64,000 nt of DNA from Candidatus Adlerbacteria bacterium. Its GTDB lineage: Bacteria > Patescibacteriota > Minisyncoccia > Phycocordibacterales > SBAW01. The translations under genes were made by a program, and so were the position numbers. The stretch's first letter is position 1. Each line of letters opens with the position of its first letter. The stretch covers positions 32,644 through 96,643 of the forward strand of contig CAINNF010000015.1 in the NCBI GenBank assembly GCA_903851045.1, written 5' to 3'. Shown here piece by piece: positions 1 to 9,408 of this stretch. Under the pieces are notes generated by a model that worked only from the letters and a program-made list of their open reading frames with translations, did no database searches and was not told the DNA's origin.

Positions 1-495
1 GAACGCGCGCAACAGTTGTTCGAGCGTCAGCCCCATCTCGGCGGCAAGCTTCGCTGCCGGATAGAAGTGGCGCTCATCATCGAAGATGCGGTACTTCGGG
101 TGATTGGTCTTAGGGACCCACCCGGGCAGCACACCGTTGCTCACCATCTTGCCGTCATGGGCGATGAGGGCGGCGTTATACTTGCGCATCCGACCGTCTT
201 CGCCGATCTTCGTCGCGTCCGCGACCACCGAACCCCAGACGGCCACGAGCCCGGTGCTCGCGCGACAGATCGTTTCGTTCGCTGCCTCGATCTCGTGGAT
301 GAACTCGTCGTGCTCCCACCGGTCGCCGAGCAGATAGCCGCTCGTCGCCAGCTCAGGAAACACCACGAACTTTGCACCGCTTGCGCGCGCCTCGTCCATA
401 TAGCCAAGTATGAGCCCCAGACGCTGTCGAATATTGCCGGACGCACCCTGCAACTGCACGACGGCGATGGGAGCATCGATGTCGATGTCTCGCAC
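1..495 (-). CDS. nadE: Glutamine-dependent NAD+ synthetase, N-terminal nitrilase/glutaminase domain (runs off window edge)
   Basis: Hand translation of the minus strand from GTG at 495 (RBS AGGAG): MRDIDIDAPIAVVQLQ...FVVFPELATSGYLLGD...YNAALI...PKTNHPKYRIFDDERHF. These are nitrilase-fold motifs typical of Gln-dependent NadE. Adjacent to NadM-Nudix. Absent from the ORF track because it has no stop in the window. Confidence 0.82.
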   Translation of the reverse strand, partial: MRDIDIDAPIAVVQLQGASGNIRQRLGLILGYMDEARASGAKFVVFPELATSGYLLGDRWEHDEFIHEIEAANETICRASTGLVAVWGSVVADATKIGEDGRMRKYNAALIAHDGKMVSNGVLPGWVPKTNHPKYRIFDDERHFYPAAKLAAEMGLTLEQLLRAF

Positions 496-554
496 GGATA
501 GTCTCCTGTGTCGTTGCTTCATGTTGGGAAAGAACGGATGGATAGCATCCCGTC

Positions 555-573
555 TGGTGTATATGATACACTA
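555..573. promoter_or_regulatory. Palindromic operator TGGTGT-N7-ACACTA upstream of nadE (NrtR-like box)
   Basis: GT-N7-AC palindrome, nearly the same as the site at 1592-1610. Confidence 0.55.
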
Positions 574-603
574 AGTAATAGAAACCGCAAGCGGGTATAG
601 AAA

Positions 604-631
604 CTGCGCCGCGGGTATACCCGCGGCGCAG
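604..631 (-). terminator. Perfect 28-bp palindrome, likely terminator of NadM-Nudix
   Basis: CTGCGCCGCGGGTA|TACCCGCGGCGCAG about 20 nt after the stop, followed by TTT on the minus strand. Confidence 0.6.
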
Positions 632-651
632 AAAACGGCCGCATGGACCGA

Positions 652-1548
652 TCACCAGTGTTCGAGCAGCAACCGCCCGAGCGGTCGGTGCCACGGCGTC
701 AGTTTTTCGAGCAGATCGGCAACACCAACCCAGTGGACCGAGTTGGCATCGTCGCCGGGCGACGGCTCCCCACCCAGATACTCGGCAACGAAGAAGGTCG
801 TCATGACACCGTCGTCGGTGCCGCGATAGCGCGGGTCGTCGATGGTCTTCGTCCCGACATACATCGCAGGGCCGAACCGAACTCCAAGAAGTTCTTCGCC
901 CCCTTCTCGCCCGGCGACCACGGCAGCATCCGTGTCGGTCTTCATTGCGTGACCGCCCGCGAACGACAGGTAGCCTCCGTAGGCGTTCTTGCCGATAAGC
1001 AAGACTCGACCATTCGGTCGATCGATGATGGCAAGATCGCTCGTCGCGTACATGAACGATGGGCGTTCACGCTGCGCGTAGATGAGCGCCGCTCGTCCCT
1101 CAGACGTCTTCGGAAAGGTGATGGATTCTCTGTTAGCGGTGCCGTTGTGCGGCAAAGAGGTAGGAACTTCCTCGACCGCATGCACACCCGTGTACAGAGG
1201 GATAAAGCTCTGGCGCGAGCCGTATAGCGTCACGGGTACCCCAGGGAACGCCACCTGGATGCCTGCATCCAAATCGCGCGACCACAGCTCATTGGAGAGC
1301 GGGTGATCACGCAACGGTACGATGGTCAGCTGGTCGCCTGGATACGCCTGACGCACCATATGCTCACGCTCCTGGAACGTCAACGGATACCGCGCGGTGC
1401 GGACTCCCCCACTCACGCCTAGCGCGATGAGCACGTGCGGGTGCCGCGCAAGCACATAGTCAATAAGGAATCGATGCCCCGGGTGCAACTCCGGCACCTG
1501 GAAGCGGGCGATGATGACGCCGACCGACGCTGGCATAGCTTGTATCAT
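652..1548 (-). CDS. nadM: Bifunctional NMN adenylyltransferase / Nudix (ADP-ribose) hydrolase (NadM-Nudix)
   Basis: N-terminal ARFQ...HPGH (HxGH nucleotidyltransferase) motif. C-terminal Nudix box GGH...REGGEE and PGDDA..VHW. RBS AGGAG before the ATG at 1548. Confidence 0.85.
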   Translation of the reverse strand: MIQAMPASVGVIIARFQVPELHPGHRFLIDYVLARHPHVLIALGVSGGVRTARYPLTFQEREHMVRQAYPGDQLTIVPLRDHPLSNELWSRDLDAGIQVAFPGVPVTLYGSRQSFIPLYTGVHAVEEVPTSLPHNGTANRESITFPKTSEGRAALIYAQRERPSFMYATSDLAIIDRPNGRVLLIGKNAYGGYLSFAGGHAMKTDTDAAVVAGREGGEELLGVRFGPAMYVGTKTIDDPRYRGTDDGVMTTFFVAEYLGGEPSPGDDANSVHWVGVADLLEKLTPWHRPLGRLLLEHW

Positions 1549-1591
1549 GGTCCGTACTCCTGTGTGCTGATAGTGAAAGAACAAACATAGC

Positions 1592-1610
1592 TAGTGTAGA
1601 TGTTACACTA
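1592..1610. promoter_or_regulatory. Palindromic operator TAGTGT-N7-ACACTA upstream of NadM-Nudix (NrtR-like box)
   Basis: Perfect 6-bp inverted repeat with a 7-nt spacer in the promoter region. Confidence 0.6.
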
Positions 1611-1711
1611 TCTAAAAATAAAAGCAAGAGCGACCATACCCGCGAGCATCATATACAAAGAAGAGCCGCCCAAAAGATGGGCGGCTGGGAGTCTAGGCTC
1701 GAATATACACG

Positions 1712-3031
1712 TTACACGACTGCGGCATGGATCGCCCGTATTGCGGTGTCGCACTCGGATGCATCGACGCCGATGGTCATGCTGATCTCGCTCGCGCCTT
1801 GTACGATGACGCGTGCACTAATACCTGCATAAGCGAGCGCACCCAACACGTGTGCTGCGACACCAGGTATCCCGGCCATACCACGCCCGACGACACAGAC
1901 GAGCGCGATACGCTCGAGCACTTGTATGTCGTCGGGTCGGCAGACGCGTTGGATCTCGTCCAAGACCTCCGAAAGGACGCCGTCGAGCAGCTTGCTTTCG
2001 ACCACGACGCTTACCACGTCTATGCCGCCGGGAATCTGTTCGACACCGATCCTCCTGCGAGCGAACACGCCAAGCAAGTTGTACAAGAAATCCCACTCTG
2101 GATTCATCAACAGCTTCTTGACCGTGATGATCGTGAAGCCGGGACGTCCTGCAACTCCCGCGATCGTTCCCGCTTTCGCGGGCTGTGCCATCGAGTCCGG
2201 GAGTATCAGCGTGCCGGGATCTTCCGGCCGGTTGGTATGCAACAACCGGATCGGGATACCCGCCAAAAACAACGGAGCGATTGTCGCATGATGCAACACC
2301 TGCGCACCACTATAGGCAAGCTCTCGCACCTCCTCGAATGTGATCTCGTCGAGCGGTCGAGCATCCGGGACGATGCGCGGGTCGGCCGTACAGACTCCCG
2401 AGACATCCGTCCAGTTTTTGTAGCACGCAGCACCAGCAAGCATTGCGACGATCGCACCCGAAACATCAGACCACCCGCGAGGGAACGTCTTGATGGTGCC
2501 ATCCGGCAGTGCTCCGTAGAAACCAGGGATGACACAGCAACTACTACCAAGGTCGAGTCCCGACCAGGCCACCTGCGTCGCTTCCCTGTCGAACAGACCA
2601 GCGGAGTCGAAGCGGATGAAGTCGGCGGCATCAAGAAACCGCCACCCGAGCAGCTTCGCCAATATCTTGGCGCTCAGGTATTCGCCCCGACTCTTGAGAA
2701 AGTCGAACTGGTCGGGATCGTTCGAAGCGAACGCTATCGCACGAAGGTGTACTTCGAGATCAAGAGGCAACCCCAGATCATCCACGATATGGTCGAACCT
2801 CTCGAAGATCGCCCGGCAGATATCTTCGACAGACATGTCGGGCATACCTCGCTGTAAGCCGATCAACAGATCGGTCACTTTCGGGTCACCTTTGTATCTC
2901 GCGCCCGGTGCAGAAACGACAACGAACCTGCAGCAGGGGTCGGCCCGCACGATGGCGGCGACCTTTTCGAATTGCGATGCGTCGGCGAGCGATGAGCCGC
3001 CAAACTTGGCGACAACAGTAGGTGTATCCAC
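1712..3031 (-). CDS. lysC: Aspartate kinase with two C-terminal ACT domains
   Basis: VAKFGGSS, VVVSAPG, TDxL, WTDVSGV..ADPRIVP, ELAYSGAQVLH, ACT domains (QGASEIS). Confidence 0.9.
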   Translation of the reverse strand: MDTPTVVAKFGGSSLADASQFEKVAAIVRADPCCRFVVVSAPGARYKGDPKVTDLLIGLQRGMPDMSVEDICRAIFERFDHIVDDLGLPLDLEVHLRAIAFASNDPDQFDFLKSRGEYLSAKILAKLLGWRFLDAADFIRFDSAGLFDREATQVAWSGLDLGSSCCVIPGFYGALPDGTIKTFPRGWSDVSGAIVAMLAGAACYKNWTDVSGVCTADPRIVPDARPLDEITFEEVRELAYSGAQVLHHATIAPLFLAGIPIRLLHTNRPEDPGTLILPDSMAQPAKAGTIAGVAGRPGFTIITVKKLLMNPEWDFLYNLLGVFARRRIGVEQIPGGIDVVSVVVESKLLDGVLSEVLDEIQRVCRPDDIQVLERIALVCVVGRGMAGIPGVAAHVLGALAYAGISARVIVQGASEISMTIGVDASECDTAIRAIHAAVV

Positions 3032-3169
3032 AGCATGTTCTCCTCAAAGAGCGTTCGTGGCTCGTTTGAAACTACAGAAAAAGTGTGCGCGGCGCAAGGT
3101 CACATAAAAAGGCCCGGGATCTCTCCCGGGCCAGTGGTCAGTTGTCGAACGTCGTTCCGCACCGAGAGG

Positions 3170-6064
3170 CTATTGCCCCAGAACACCTTTCAGTTCCTGA
3201 AGCGCCTGCCCCGCTTTGGCGAACTCGCCGGCCCTGAAGTCTGCGAGCAGTCTCCCGAACACGGCACGCACTTGCGCGATGGTCCCCGTCTCGTCCGCAT
3301 CACCCGGTCGCGAAGCGACACTTTGAGGTGCCGCCCCCACGAACAACTGTTCGGCCTGTTCGAGCTGGGGCGCCCAGACAATCTGTTGATCGCCCGGCAG
3401 AAGCTGCCCGAACACGACTCGTGTCAGTTGTGGGATCTTCGTCTGAGACGCCTCGACATAGATAGGCTCGATAACGACCAGCTTGTCGTCCTTAAGCGGC
3501 AACACAAGCAAGTTGCCGCGGATGACCGTGGAACCGTGTTGGTCCCACAAGGTCAGGTCCTGAGACATCCGGTCGGTCGAACTGATGCGAGACTCGACCT
3601 GGGCCGGACCATCCACGAACACCCCCTTGGGGAGCTTGTAGACGATCAGTTTCCCATAGTTGTCACCATCGCACAGGCCAGCCATCCAGCCGGACATTTG
3701 GTTCTTGCCAGCCACCGACAACGGCAGCATGAGCATGAACTCCGGACGACTTGCCCCGGGGAGCTGTGCCGTCACATAGTACGGAGACATCTCTATCTCC
3801 TCGCTACGGAACAGCTCACGCGGCACCTGCCACCGATCTTCCCGATTATAGAACACCATCGGGTTGGTCATATGGAACGTACCGTACATCTCCGCCTGAG
3901 TCGTGAAGAGTGCCGCAGGATACCGGATATGACTCCGGACGAGCGGCGGCATTTCCTCGACACCCTTGAAGAGTCCAGGGAGCTGGGCACGATAGGCGTT
4001 GATGAGCGGGTCGTGCGGGTCCATCACATAGAACGCGACGGATCCGTCATACGCGTCGACCACCACCTTCACGGAGTTACGAACGTAGTTCTTATCCTTG
4101 AACGCTGCCACCGAACCGCGGTAGGCCTCGCTGTATGGGTAGGTGTCCGAACTCGTATAGGCATCGATGATCCAGAGGTACCGGTCGCCACCGGCGACCA
4201 CGTATGGATCATCGTCGAAGGTGAGGAACGGCGCGAGCGCCTTGACTCTCTCCAAGATATTTCGACGCCACAGGATCCGACTTTCATCGGTCAGGTAGTT
4301 CGAGGTGAAGAGCGTAATCCCATCGAACTTCCACGCATAGACCAACTTGCGCCAGAAATCGGACAGCTGGATGCCGCCCCGACCACCGTACACCGATTCG
4401 ACGTTCGAGTCCCCCTGCGGGAAGTCGAACTCTCGCTCGGTGCCATGTACGTAGACGTGTTCGTTCGTAAGTTCCCCGTAATAGATCTCGGGGTGCGTCA
4501 CGCTCAGCGCCGGTAGAGCGGTGACCGGTATGTTCCCCGCCCAGAAACGTGGATTGTTACCGTTCACCGTCTCGTTGGACGGTACCGATACCACACCAAA
4601 GCCATGGGTATACTTCAGTTGCGTATTCACCCACACTTGAGCTTGTGGAAGCAGCCGATCCACAGACAGTTCGCGTGCAGTGATCATGACCTGGCGCAAC
4701 TCGCCATCCACCTTATACCGGTCGATGTCGATGTCATGGAAGGTATAGTACTGACGCAGACCCTGGGTCTGGTGGATCTGCGGGTTTAACACTCGCCAAT
4801 CCCAGATCCGAGCATCCCGCAGTGTCGCTATGTTCGCCGCAAGATCTGCGGCGGTCAGCGGCTGGGCGGACACGGGGAATTCGTGCTCTTCGACCCGTGG
4901 GCCGGAGAGGTTGAACGCCTCGCGAGTACCTGCGATCGTGTGGACGATGAACGGCTCCTCGAGCGTGACCTGGTTGGGCACAACGAAGACGTTCTCGTAC
5001 AGCAACGCCAACGTTGGCGCACCCACAAAGAGCGCGACGAACGCCACACCCGGCATAAGCCACCGAGACTGGCGAGCGAGGAACCACGCATGCAAGCGTG
5101 GGATGAACGCAACCCCCAGAAACGCGAGTGCCGCGAGCAACCACGCAACGCCGATCAACGAGTATATTGTGCTCCACCAGTACACGTCGATGTAGGCGGC
5201 ACCAGACACGACACTTGAATGCCCGTCGACGACAAGCCCATACCGACCAAGGAACCGGTCCGCTGCGTTCGAAAGGAACAGCAGCCCGATAAGGCCGCAA
5301 CCTTGACGAACCCATCCGCGCCACACTTCTTGTACGGCACAGAAGTAGTCTTGGACCCCCTCAGTGGTCAGAGGAAAGCCCGCACGTTCGGATGCGTAGC
5401 GAAATCCGTACTCACCTCGGAGATGTTTCAGCGTATCGCCCGGTCTCCCGTGTTTTGGATTGATCATAAAGCCGATCACGAGCCAGAACACGATCATGAC
5501 GACCGTGAGCCAAGACAACTCCTGCGCGACCGACTGGAACAGCGGTAGCACATTGAGATAGAAGGACGTATCCAGACCATACACAGGATCAAGTGTCCCG
5601 GTCGGAGCGCTCCCAAGGAACAGGAAGATGTCGGACCAGTACCCTGTGAAGGAGTACGCCCACAGCAGAGCAAGCGCAAACCCCGCAAGAAACGGGATCC
5701 GAACGGGGATCAATGCGTATCGTCGCACGACCAGCTGCCCCAGGTTCGCACCCAGGAACAGACCGACCACCACGAGCGATACGGCGAAGATGCCGCATTC
5801 GTACGTCAACACTCGCCAGAACCGATCGCTCTGACCGAGCTCTTGGAACCAGTACGCGTCGGCAGAGATGTTGATGGCGCCGATGAGAGCGACGATGGCG
5901 CACAACAATACCGCTGTCTGCGTCGCGCTGACCCGCAGTTGGCGCATATACACACGACACTCGGCCTCATCGAACTCATCTTTGAGTCTGAGGCCCCGAA
6001 GCGCGGTGCGCGTAAGCGGCACTACCGACACGGTCAGTAGCGCCAGATATAGCAAGGTAAACAT
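3170..6064 (-). CDS. UPF0182 family membrane protein
   Basis: N-terminal TM helices, DP.YG.D.SFY, DIDRY, YTHGFG, PEIYYGE, NYVRNSVKVVVDAYDG, IRYP, FYNRED, GNLL motifs. Confidence 0.9.
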   Translation of the reverse strand: MFTLLYLALLTVSVVPLTRTALRGLRLKDEFDEAECRVYMRQLRVSATQTAVLLCAIVALIGAINISADAYWFQELGQSDRFWRVLTYECGIFAVSLVVVGLFLGANLGQLVVRRYALIPVRIPFLAGFALALLWAYSFTGYWSDIFLFLGSAPTGTLDPVYGLDTSFYLNVLPLFQSVAQELSWLTVVMIVFWLVIGFMINPKHGRPGDTLKHLRGEYGFRYASERAGFPLTTEGVQDYFCAVQEVWRGWVRQGCGLIGLLFLSNAADRFLGRYGLVVDGHSSVVSGAAYIDVYWWSTIYSLIGVAWLLAALAFLGVAFIPRLHAWFLARQSRWLMPGVAFVALFVGAPTLALLYENVFVVPNQVTLEEPFIVHTIAGTREAFNLSGPRVEEHEFPVSAQPLTAADLAANIATLRDARIWDWRVLNPQIHQTQGLRQYYTFHDIDIDRYKVDGELRQVMITARELSVDRLLPQAQVWVNTQLKYTHGFGVVSVPSNETVNGNNPRFWAGNIPVTALPALSVTHPEIYYGELTNEHVYVHGTEREFDFPQGDSNVESVYGGRGGIQLSDFWRKLVYAWKFDGITLFTSNYLTDESRILWRRNILERVKALAPFLTFDDDPYVVAGGDRYLWIIDAYTSSDTYPYSEAYRGSVAAFKDKNYVRNSVKVVVDAYDGSVAFYVMDPHDPLINAYRAQLPGLFKGVEEMPPLVRSHIRYPAALFTTQAEMYGTFHMTNPMVFYNREDRWQVPRELFRSEEIEMSPYYVTAQLPGASRPEFMLMLPLSVAGKNQMSGWMAGLCDGDNYGKLIVYKLPKGVFVDGPAQVESRISSTDRMSQDLTLWDQHGSTVIRGNLLVLPLKDDKLVVIEPIYVEASQTKIPQLTRVVFGQLLPGDQQIVWAPQLEQAEQLFVGAAPQSVASRPGDADETGTIAQVRAVFGRLLADFRAGEFAKAGQALQELKGVLGQ

Positions 6065-6271
6065 TAGCCCTCCTTTCAGACGAAATCATGGGGCAATTCG
6101 AACCTTTTTGTGAAGGTGCCCGGAAGTATATTACATGAAAAAACTTGAATGTCAACCGACCAATCTGACGCTACTTACCGATAGGTCACCGCGATCGAAC
6201 CGTTGACCGTTCGTAAGTAAAACAAATGAAAGGCCACCTAGCGGGCGGCCTTGTTTGGGTGTGCACGTGCA

Positions 6272-6583
6272 CTATGATGCAGGACACTCGACGTCGGTGC
6301 CAGGGTGCGCTTCAAGGAACGTGTCCAGGACCGAGATGTTATGTCCCGCCTCATCGCCACCCTCGTCATCGGTGGGCAAGAACTGGGGGAAGGCGTTGGT
6401 GTCTTGCGTCCCCGTATCCACGGGGAGTTTGGACACGTCCGCTTCATAGAACCAAAAGATCACTCCTCCCCCACCGAACACCACTCGTTCGAACCATCGC
6501 ACTCCGCGACGACGTAGATTTGTTCGTATGTCCGGGAACTCACCCTCGTTACTGATCGGAAGGATCGTGCCGATTCTTCTCAT
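6272..6583 (-). CDS. Hypothetical protein (possibly frameshifted relative to the upstream overlapping ORF ending at 6549)
   Basis: GGAGG RBS before the ATG at 6583; downstream hairpin at about 6231-6252. Confidence 0.4.
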   Translation of the reverse strand: MRRIGTILPISNEGEFPDIRTNLRRRGVRWFERVVFGGGGVIFWFYEADVSKLPVDTGTQDTNAFPQFLPTDDEGGDEAGHNISVLDTFLEAHPGTDVECPAS

Positions 6584-6785
6584 CAAGATACCTCCATACC
6601 TGCAGCACCGCACTGCTTTTCGCCAAATGATCTTCGTCCTTGGCGCATATGAGTACCGCGTCGATGTGCGGGTCAGCCGACATGCTTTGTACCATATATA
6701 CATACTCGTGTCTACACACAACAGCACCCAAGGAGCTGGGGTGTTGTTGTGGTTTTTTGCATCATTTCGTCTTAGAGTATAGGTA

Positions 6786-7649
6786 ATGAAAAGAAGGAAA
6801 GGCCGAAAGATCCTCCTCTATAGCGCTCTCTCGGTCGTGAGTATCCTTGGCGCATTCGTTGTCTGGCAAATGACCAAAACAGTGCCGACGAACGGCGACT
6901 GGCAGGATGTGTCAAGGGTGCAGTCGACCGCAACGTTCGATGGAAACTTCGTGACGGTGCACAATATACGCAACTTCCAATATGATGCGAACCGCACCCC
7001 GACTGTCGAAGCGTACTACGACAAGACGTACGATCTGCGCACGCTCAAGAAGGTGTGGTATATCACCGACCCCTTCAGCCCTGGGAGTCCATTCGCACAC
7101 ACCTTCATCTCGTTCGAATTCGCGGACGAGTCGTTCCTCGCTATCACGATCGAGGGTCGGCTCACCAAGGGGCAGGAATACAACCTGTTGAACGGTACCA
7201 TCCACACATTCCCGCTCATCTACATCGCGGCAGATGAGCGTGACGTCATCTACGTGCGCACGAACATCCACCACGACGGTGTGTATGTGTACCCCATGCG
7301 CGCGACTCCTGAGCAAGGGCGACTGCTGCTGACCGACATACTACACCGCATGAACGAGCTGGTGGCACGCCCCGACTGGTACAACTCGATATATGCGAAT
7401 TGCACCTCGAGCATCGCCAATCACATCAACCGGATCTGGCCCGGGGTGCTGCCCACGTTCGACTGGCAAGAACTGCTCACCAGCTATGCGGACGAACTCG
7501 CGCTACAAAAAGGACTCGTCGACACGACGCTCCCCCTCGACCAAGCACGACAAACATTCTACGTTACCGACCGCGCCCAACACGTTGGATATGTCGCAGA
7601 CTTCTCCACCTTGATACGGCAGACCGACACGCACACTCAAACCCAGTAG
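6786..7649 (+). CDS. DUF4105 (Lnb N-terminal-like) domain membrane-anchored protein
   Basis: N-terminal TM, NIRNF.Y, AHTFISF.F, IEGR, YIAADERD, YNSIYANCT. Confidence 0.85.
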   Translation: MKRRKGRKILLYSALSVVSILGAFVVWQMTKTVPTNGDWQDVSRVQSTATFDGNFVTVHNIRNFQYDANRTPTVEAYYDKTYDLRTLKKVWYITDPFSPGSPFAHTFISFEFADESFLAITIEGRLTKGQEYNLLNGTIHTFPLIYIAADERDVIYVRTNIHHDGVYVYPMRATPEQGRLLLTDILHRMNELVARPDWYNSIYANCTSSIANHINRIWPGVLPTFDWQELLTSYADELALQKGLVDTTLPLDQARQTFYVTDRAQHVGYVADFSTLIRQTDTHTQTQ

Positions 7650-7733
7650 TCGGTCGTGTCGAATCACTCTCTGTTGTCACGAAGATACAGAGGTGACATG
7701 GGTCACGCAAGGACGCCAACAACATTCGTACTC

Positions 7734-7763
7734 TTGCTCACATTCACTCCGACAAGGTAGTAT
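7734..7763 (+). promoter_or_regulatory. Putative sigma70 promoter of the candidate ncRNA
   Basis: TTGCTC-N18-TAGTAT with no downstream ORF or RBS. Confidence 0.45.
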
Positions 7764-7769
7764 AGCGAC

Positions 7770-8180
7770 GGAGGTACCGAATGTTTGCCGACTGGGCCGA
7801 CTGCTAGGTTGGCAATATGAATGTCTGGGGTGGGGGATATCCAGCCACGTGGTCAACAACCACGCGGAGCCGTATGCAGTAGGGGGTCATTTTGAGACCA
7901 GCGCTTAGCATACGCCTAACCATGCTTGGAGAGGATGGGTAACACCGCATACCTCCCGAGGGAGAAAGACTTGCGTCGCCCTAGACCGGGCCTATCGGCA
8001 TCGCTTTGGAGCGTCTCCTATACTAATCCGTGGGGTAACGGCTCACGGTTGGAGGTGTGCCGATCTTCTGGAATGGATCTTTGATGCAGGGGTGCAACAA
8101 CCAACCTCACCAAGGACGCGAAGTTCCGAGGAGCCACTATGGGGGCCAGTACGCCAACGAGCGTACGGCCCCCATACCTA
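7770..8180 (+). ncRNA. Candidate large structured ncRNA of unknown class (~410 nt)
   Basis: No credible ORF. At least 8 helices, including long-range 7823-7833/7976-7986, 7871-7877/7908-7914 and 7994-8001/8057-8064, plus a 3' hairpin at 8138-8176. G-U wobbles favour the + strand. Confidence 0.65.
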
Positions 8181-8194
8181 TGTCTATCTATGTC

Positions 8195-8235
8195 AAAAAA
8201 GAGTGCCTGTTGTCGTCAGACCAACAGGCACTTTT
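8195..8235. terminator. Bidirectional intrinsic terminator
   Basis: A-tract + AGTGCCTGTTG-loop-CAACAGGCACT + T-tract between convergent units. Confidence 0.75.
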
Positions 8236-8244
8236 ATACTGTAT

Positions 8245-8664
8245 CTATATGTGATATTTTCTCCCCCGGCATCGGCCCGCGATCCGTTTTGCCTCTATCA
8301 TAGCTTCTCCCTGAAACACAAATATGCTCAAGTCTTTCCTGTGTAACCGGGCTGCACTTCTGAAAGCCCCGATGGTCGCATCTACCGGAGGAATGCCAGC
8401 CGCACGCAAAGCGTCGACTGCATGCTGCACCGTAGGGGTGACCCACCGATGATCGACTGCAGCCTTGATGTGTCTCGCATCGTTCATGGTCGCCACCATA
8501 ACCGTACCAAGACGTTGGTAGTGTGCCGCGATGATATCTAAAATCTGATCACGGGTGAGGGTTGGTCGGGATGGACTGGACGGAAGTGGCAGCCGGCGAC
8601 CACCAACCACTTTCTTAAAGGCCCTCTTGTACGGCGCACTGCCCCGTACACTTGTTGAGATCAT
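8245..8664 (-). CDS. Hypothetical protein
   Basis: 139-aa ORF with AGGAG RBS, ends at the terminator. Confidence 0.55.
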   Translation of the reverse strand: MISTSVRGSAPYKRAFKKVVGGRRLPLPSSPSRPTLTRDQILDIIAAHYQRLGTVMVATMNDARHIKAAVDHRWVTPTVQHAVDALRAAGIPPVDATIGAFRSAARLHRKDLSIFVFQGEAMIEAKRIAGRCRGRKYHI

Positions 8665-8697
8665 CGAGACTCTCCTGTGCGATTCTAGCGTTCGACC

Positions 8698-8928
8698 TTA
8701 GACAGCAAACTTAGATCGATAGAACGGATCGTTCCTTATGGTTTGGAGTACGATCTCTAGGACCCCTTCAGCCTCGACGTGCAAACGCAACACGCCTCGC
8801 CTCCGATCATCCGCTTCTCGTGTGATCGTCGCAGTGACCTGAACCTTAGGGACCGTCCTGATGAGCGAGAGCACTCCCCTTTGGTCGATCTGCGCTACAT
8901 CACGAAACGGTATGCACATGTCAGGCAT
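8698..8928 (-). CDS. Small hypothetical protein
   Basis: 76-aa ORF with AGAGGG RBS. Confidence 0.5.
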   Translation of the reverse strand: MPDMCIPFRDVAQIDQRGVLSLIRTVPKVQVTATITREADDRRRGVLRLHVEAEGVLEIVLQTIRNDPFYRSKFAV

Positions 8929-9408
8929 TGCCGTGCCCTCTTGATGATTGGAACGTCCTCTATGGACATAATACCGTGCTTTGTATAAAAAATCCCGCTG
9001 CGCTCAGAAAGAGCCGCAGCGGGGATATCGGACATCACGGAAACTTTGCCTCGGCAAGGCGTGCGGATCGTTTCGCAGCCCTACGACTCTCTTCAGAAAA
9101 CCCAGGGCACAGGGTTCTCGCAGCATCGGGATGTGGCGCGGGTTCAGGAGAAACCGCGAGAGCCGCAGGAAGCGGATATCTGCGCGCACGCGCGAGACCT
9201 CGCAAAGCATCGTCGAGCGATTCACTCATTATCGCACACCTTGCACTGCGTGTTATCGTCGTCTCGATAGAGACATCTAACCTTATTGTACATACTGCGC
9301 ATGGGTCATGTCAATACCACCACACACGATATATAAAAAAGACCGCCTCACCACGAAGACCTGCTTGGTGAGAGCGAGTCTTCGTAGTGAGCGCGGTTCA
9401 AGACGTAA

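Noticed and set aside
16-501. 161-aa + strand ORF
   Set aside because: Antisense shadow of nadE, whose motifs are on the minus strand
3032-3110. Lysine riboswitch or attenuator upstream of aspartokinase
   Set aside because: The leader is too short (promoter about 45 nt before the start) and has no aptamer features
3035-4516. Long + strand ORF (493 aa); likewise 1727-2857, 28423-29391, 35153-36163, 36314-37522 and 58945-59847
   Set aside because: Antisense shadows of well-supported genes in high-GC DNA, with no motifs of their own
6172-6219. Imperfect hairpin TACTTAC...GGTCA...TGACC...GTAAGTA as an attC site or small RNA
   Set aside because: No RYYYAAC/GTTRRRY ends, single copy, no integrase and no promoter evidence
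7867-7914. GAGCCGTATGC resembling group II intron domain V
   Set aside because: It pairs with GCATACG without the catalytic 2-nt bulge or GNRA cap. There is no domain VI, no 5' GUGYG in a consistent position and no RT gene.
7770-8180. RNase P RNA, tmRNA, group I intron or HDV-like ribozyme as the identity of the structured region
   Set aside because: No GAGGAAAGUCC/P4, no tRNA-like ends, no P7 GACUA/UAGUC core. CCUCCCG lacks a matching P1 partner.
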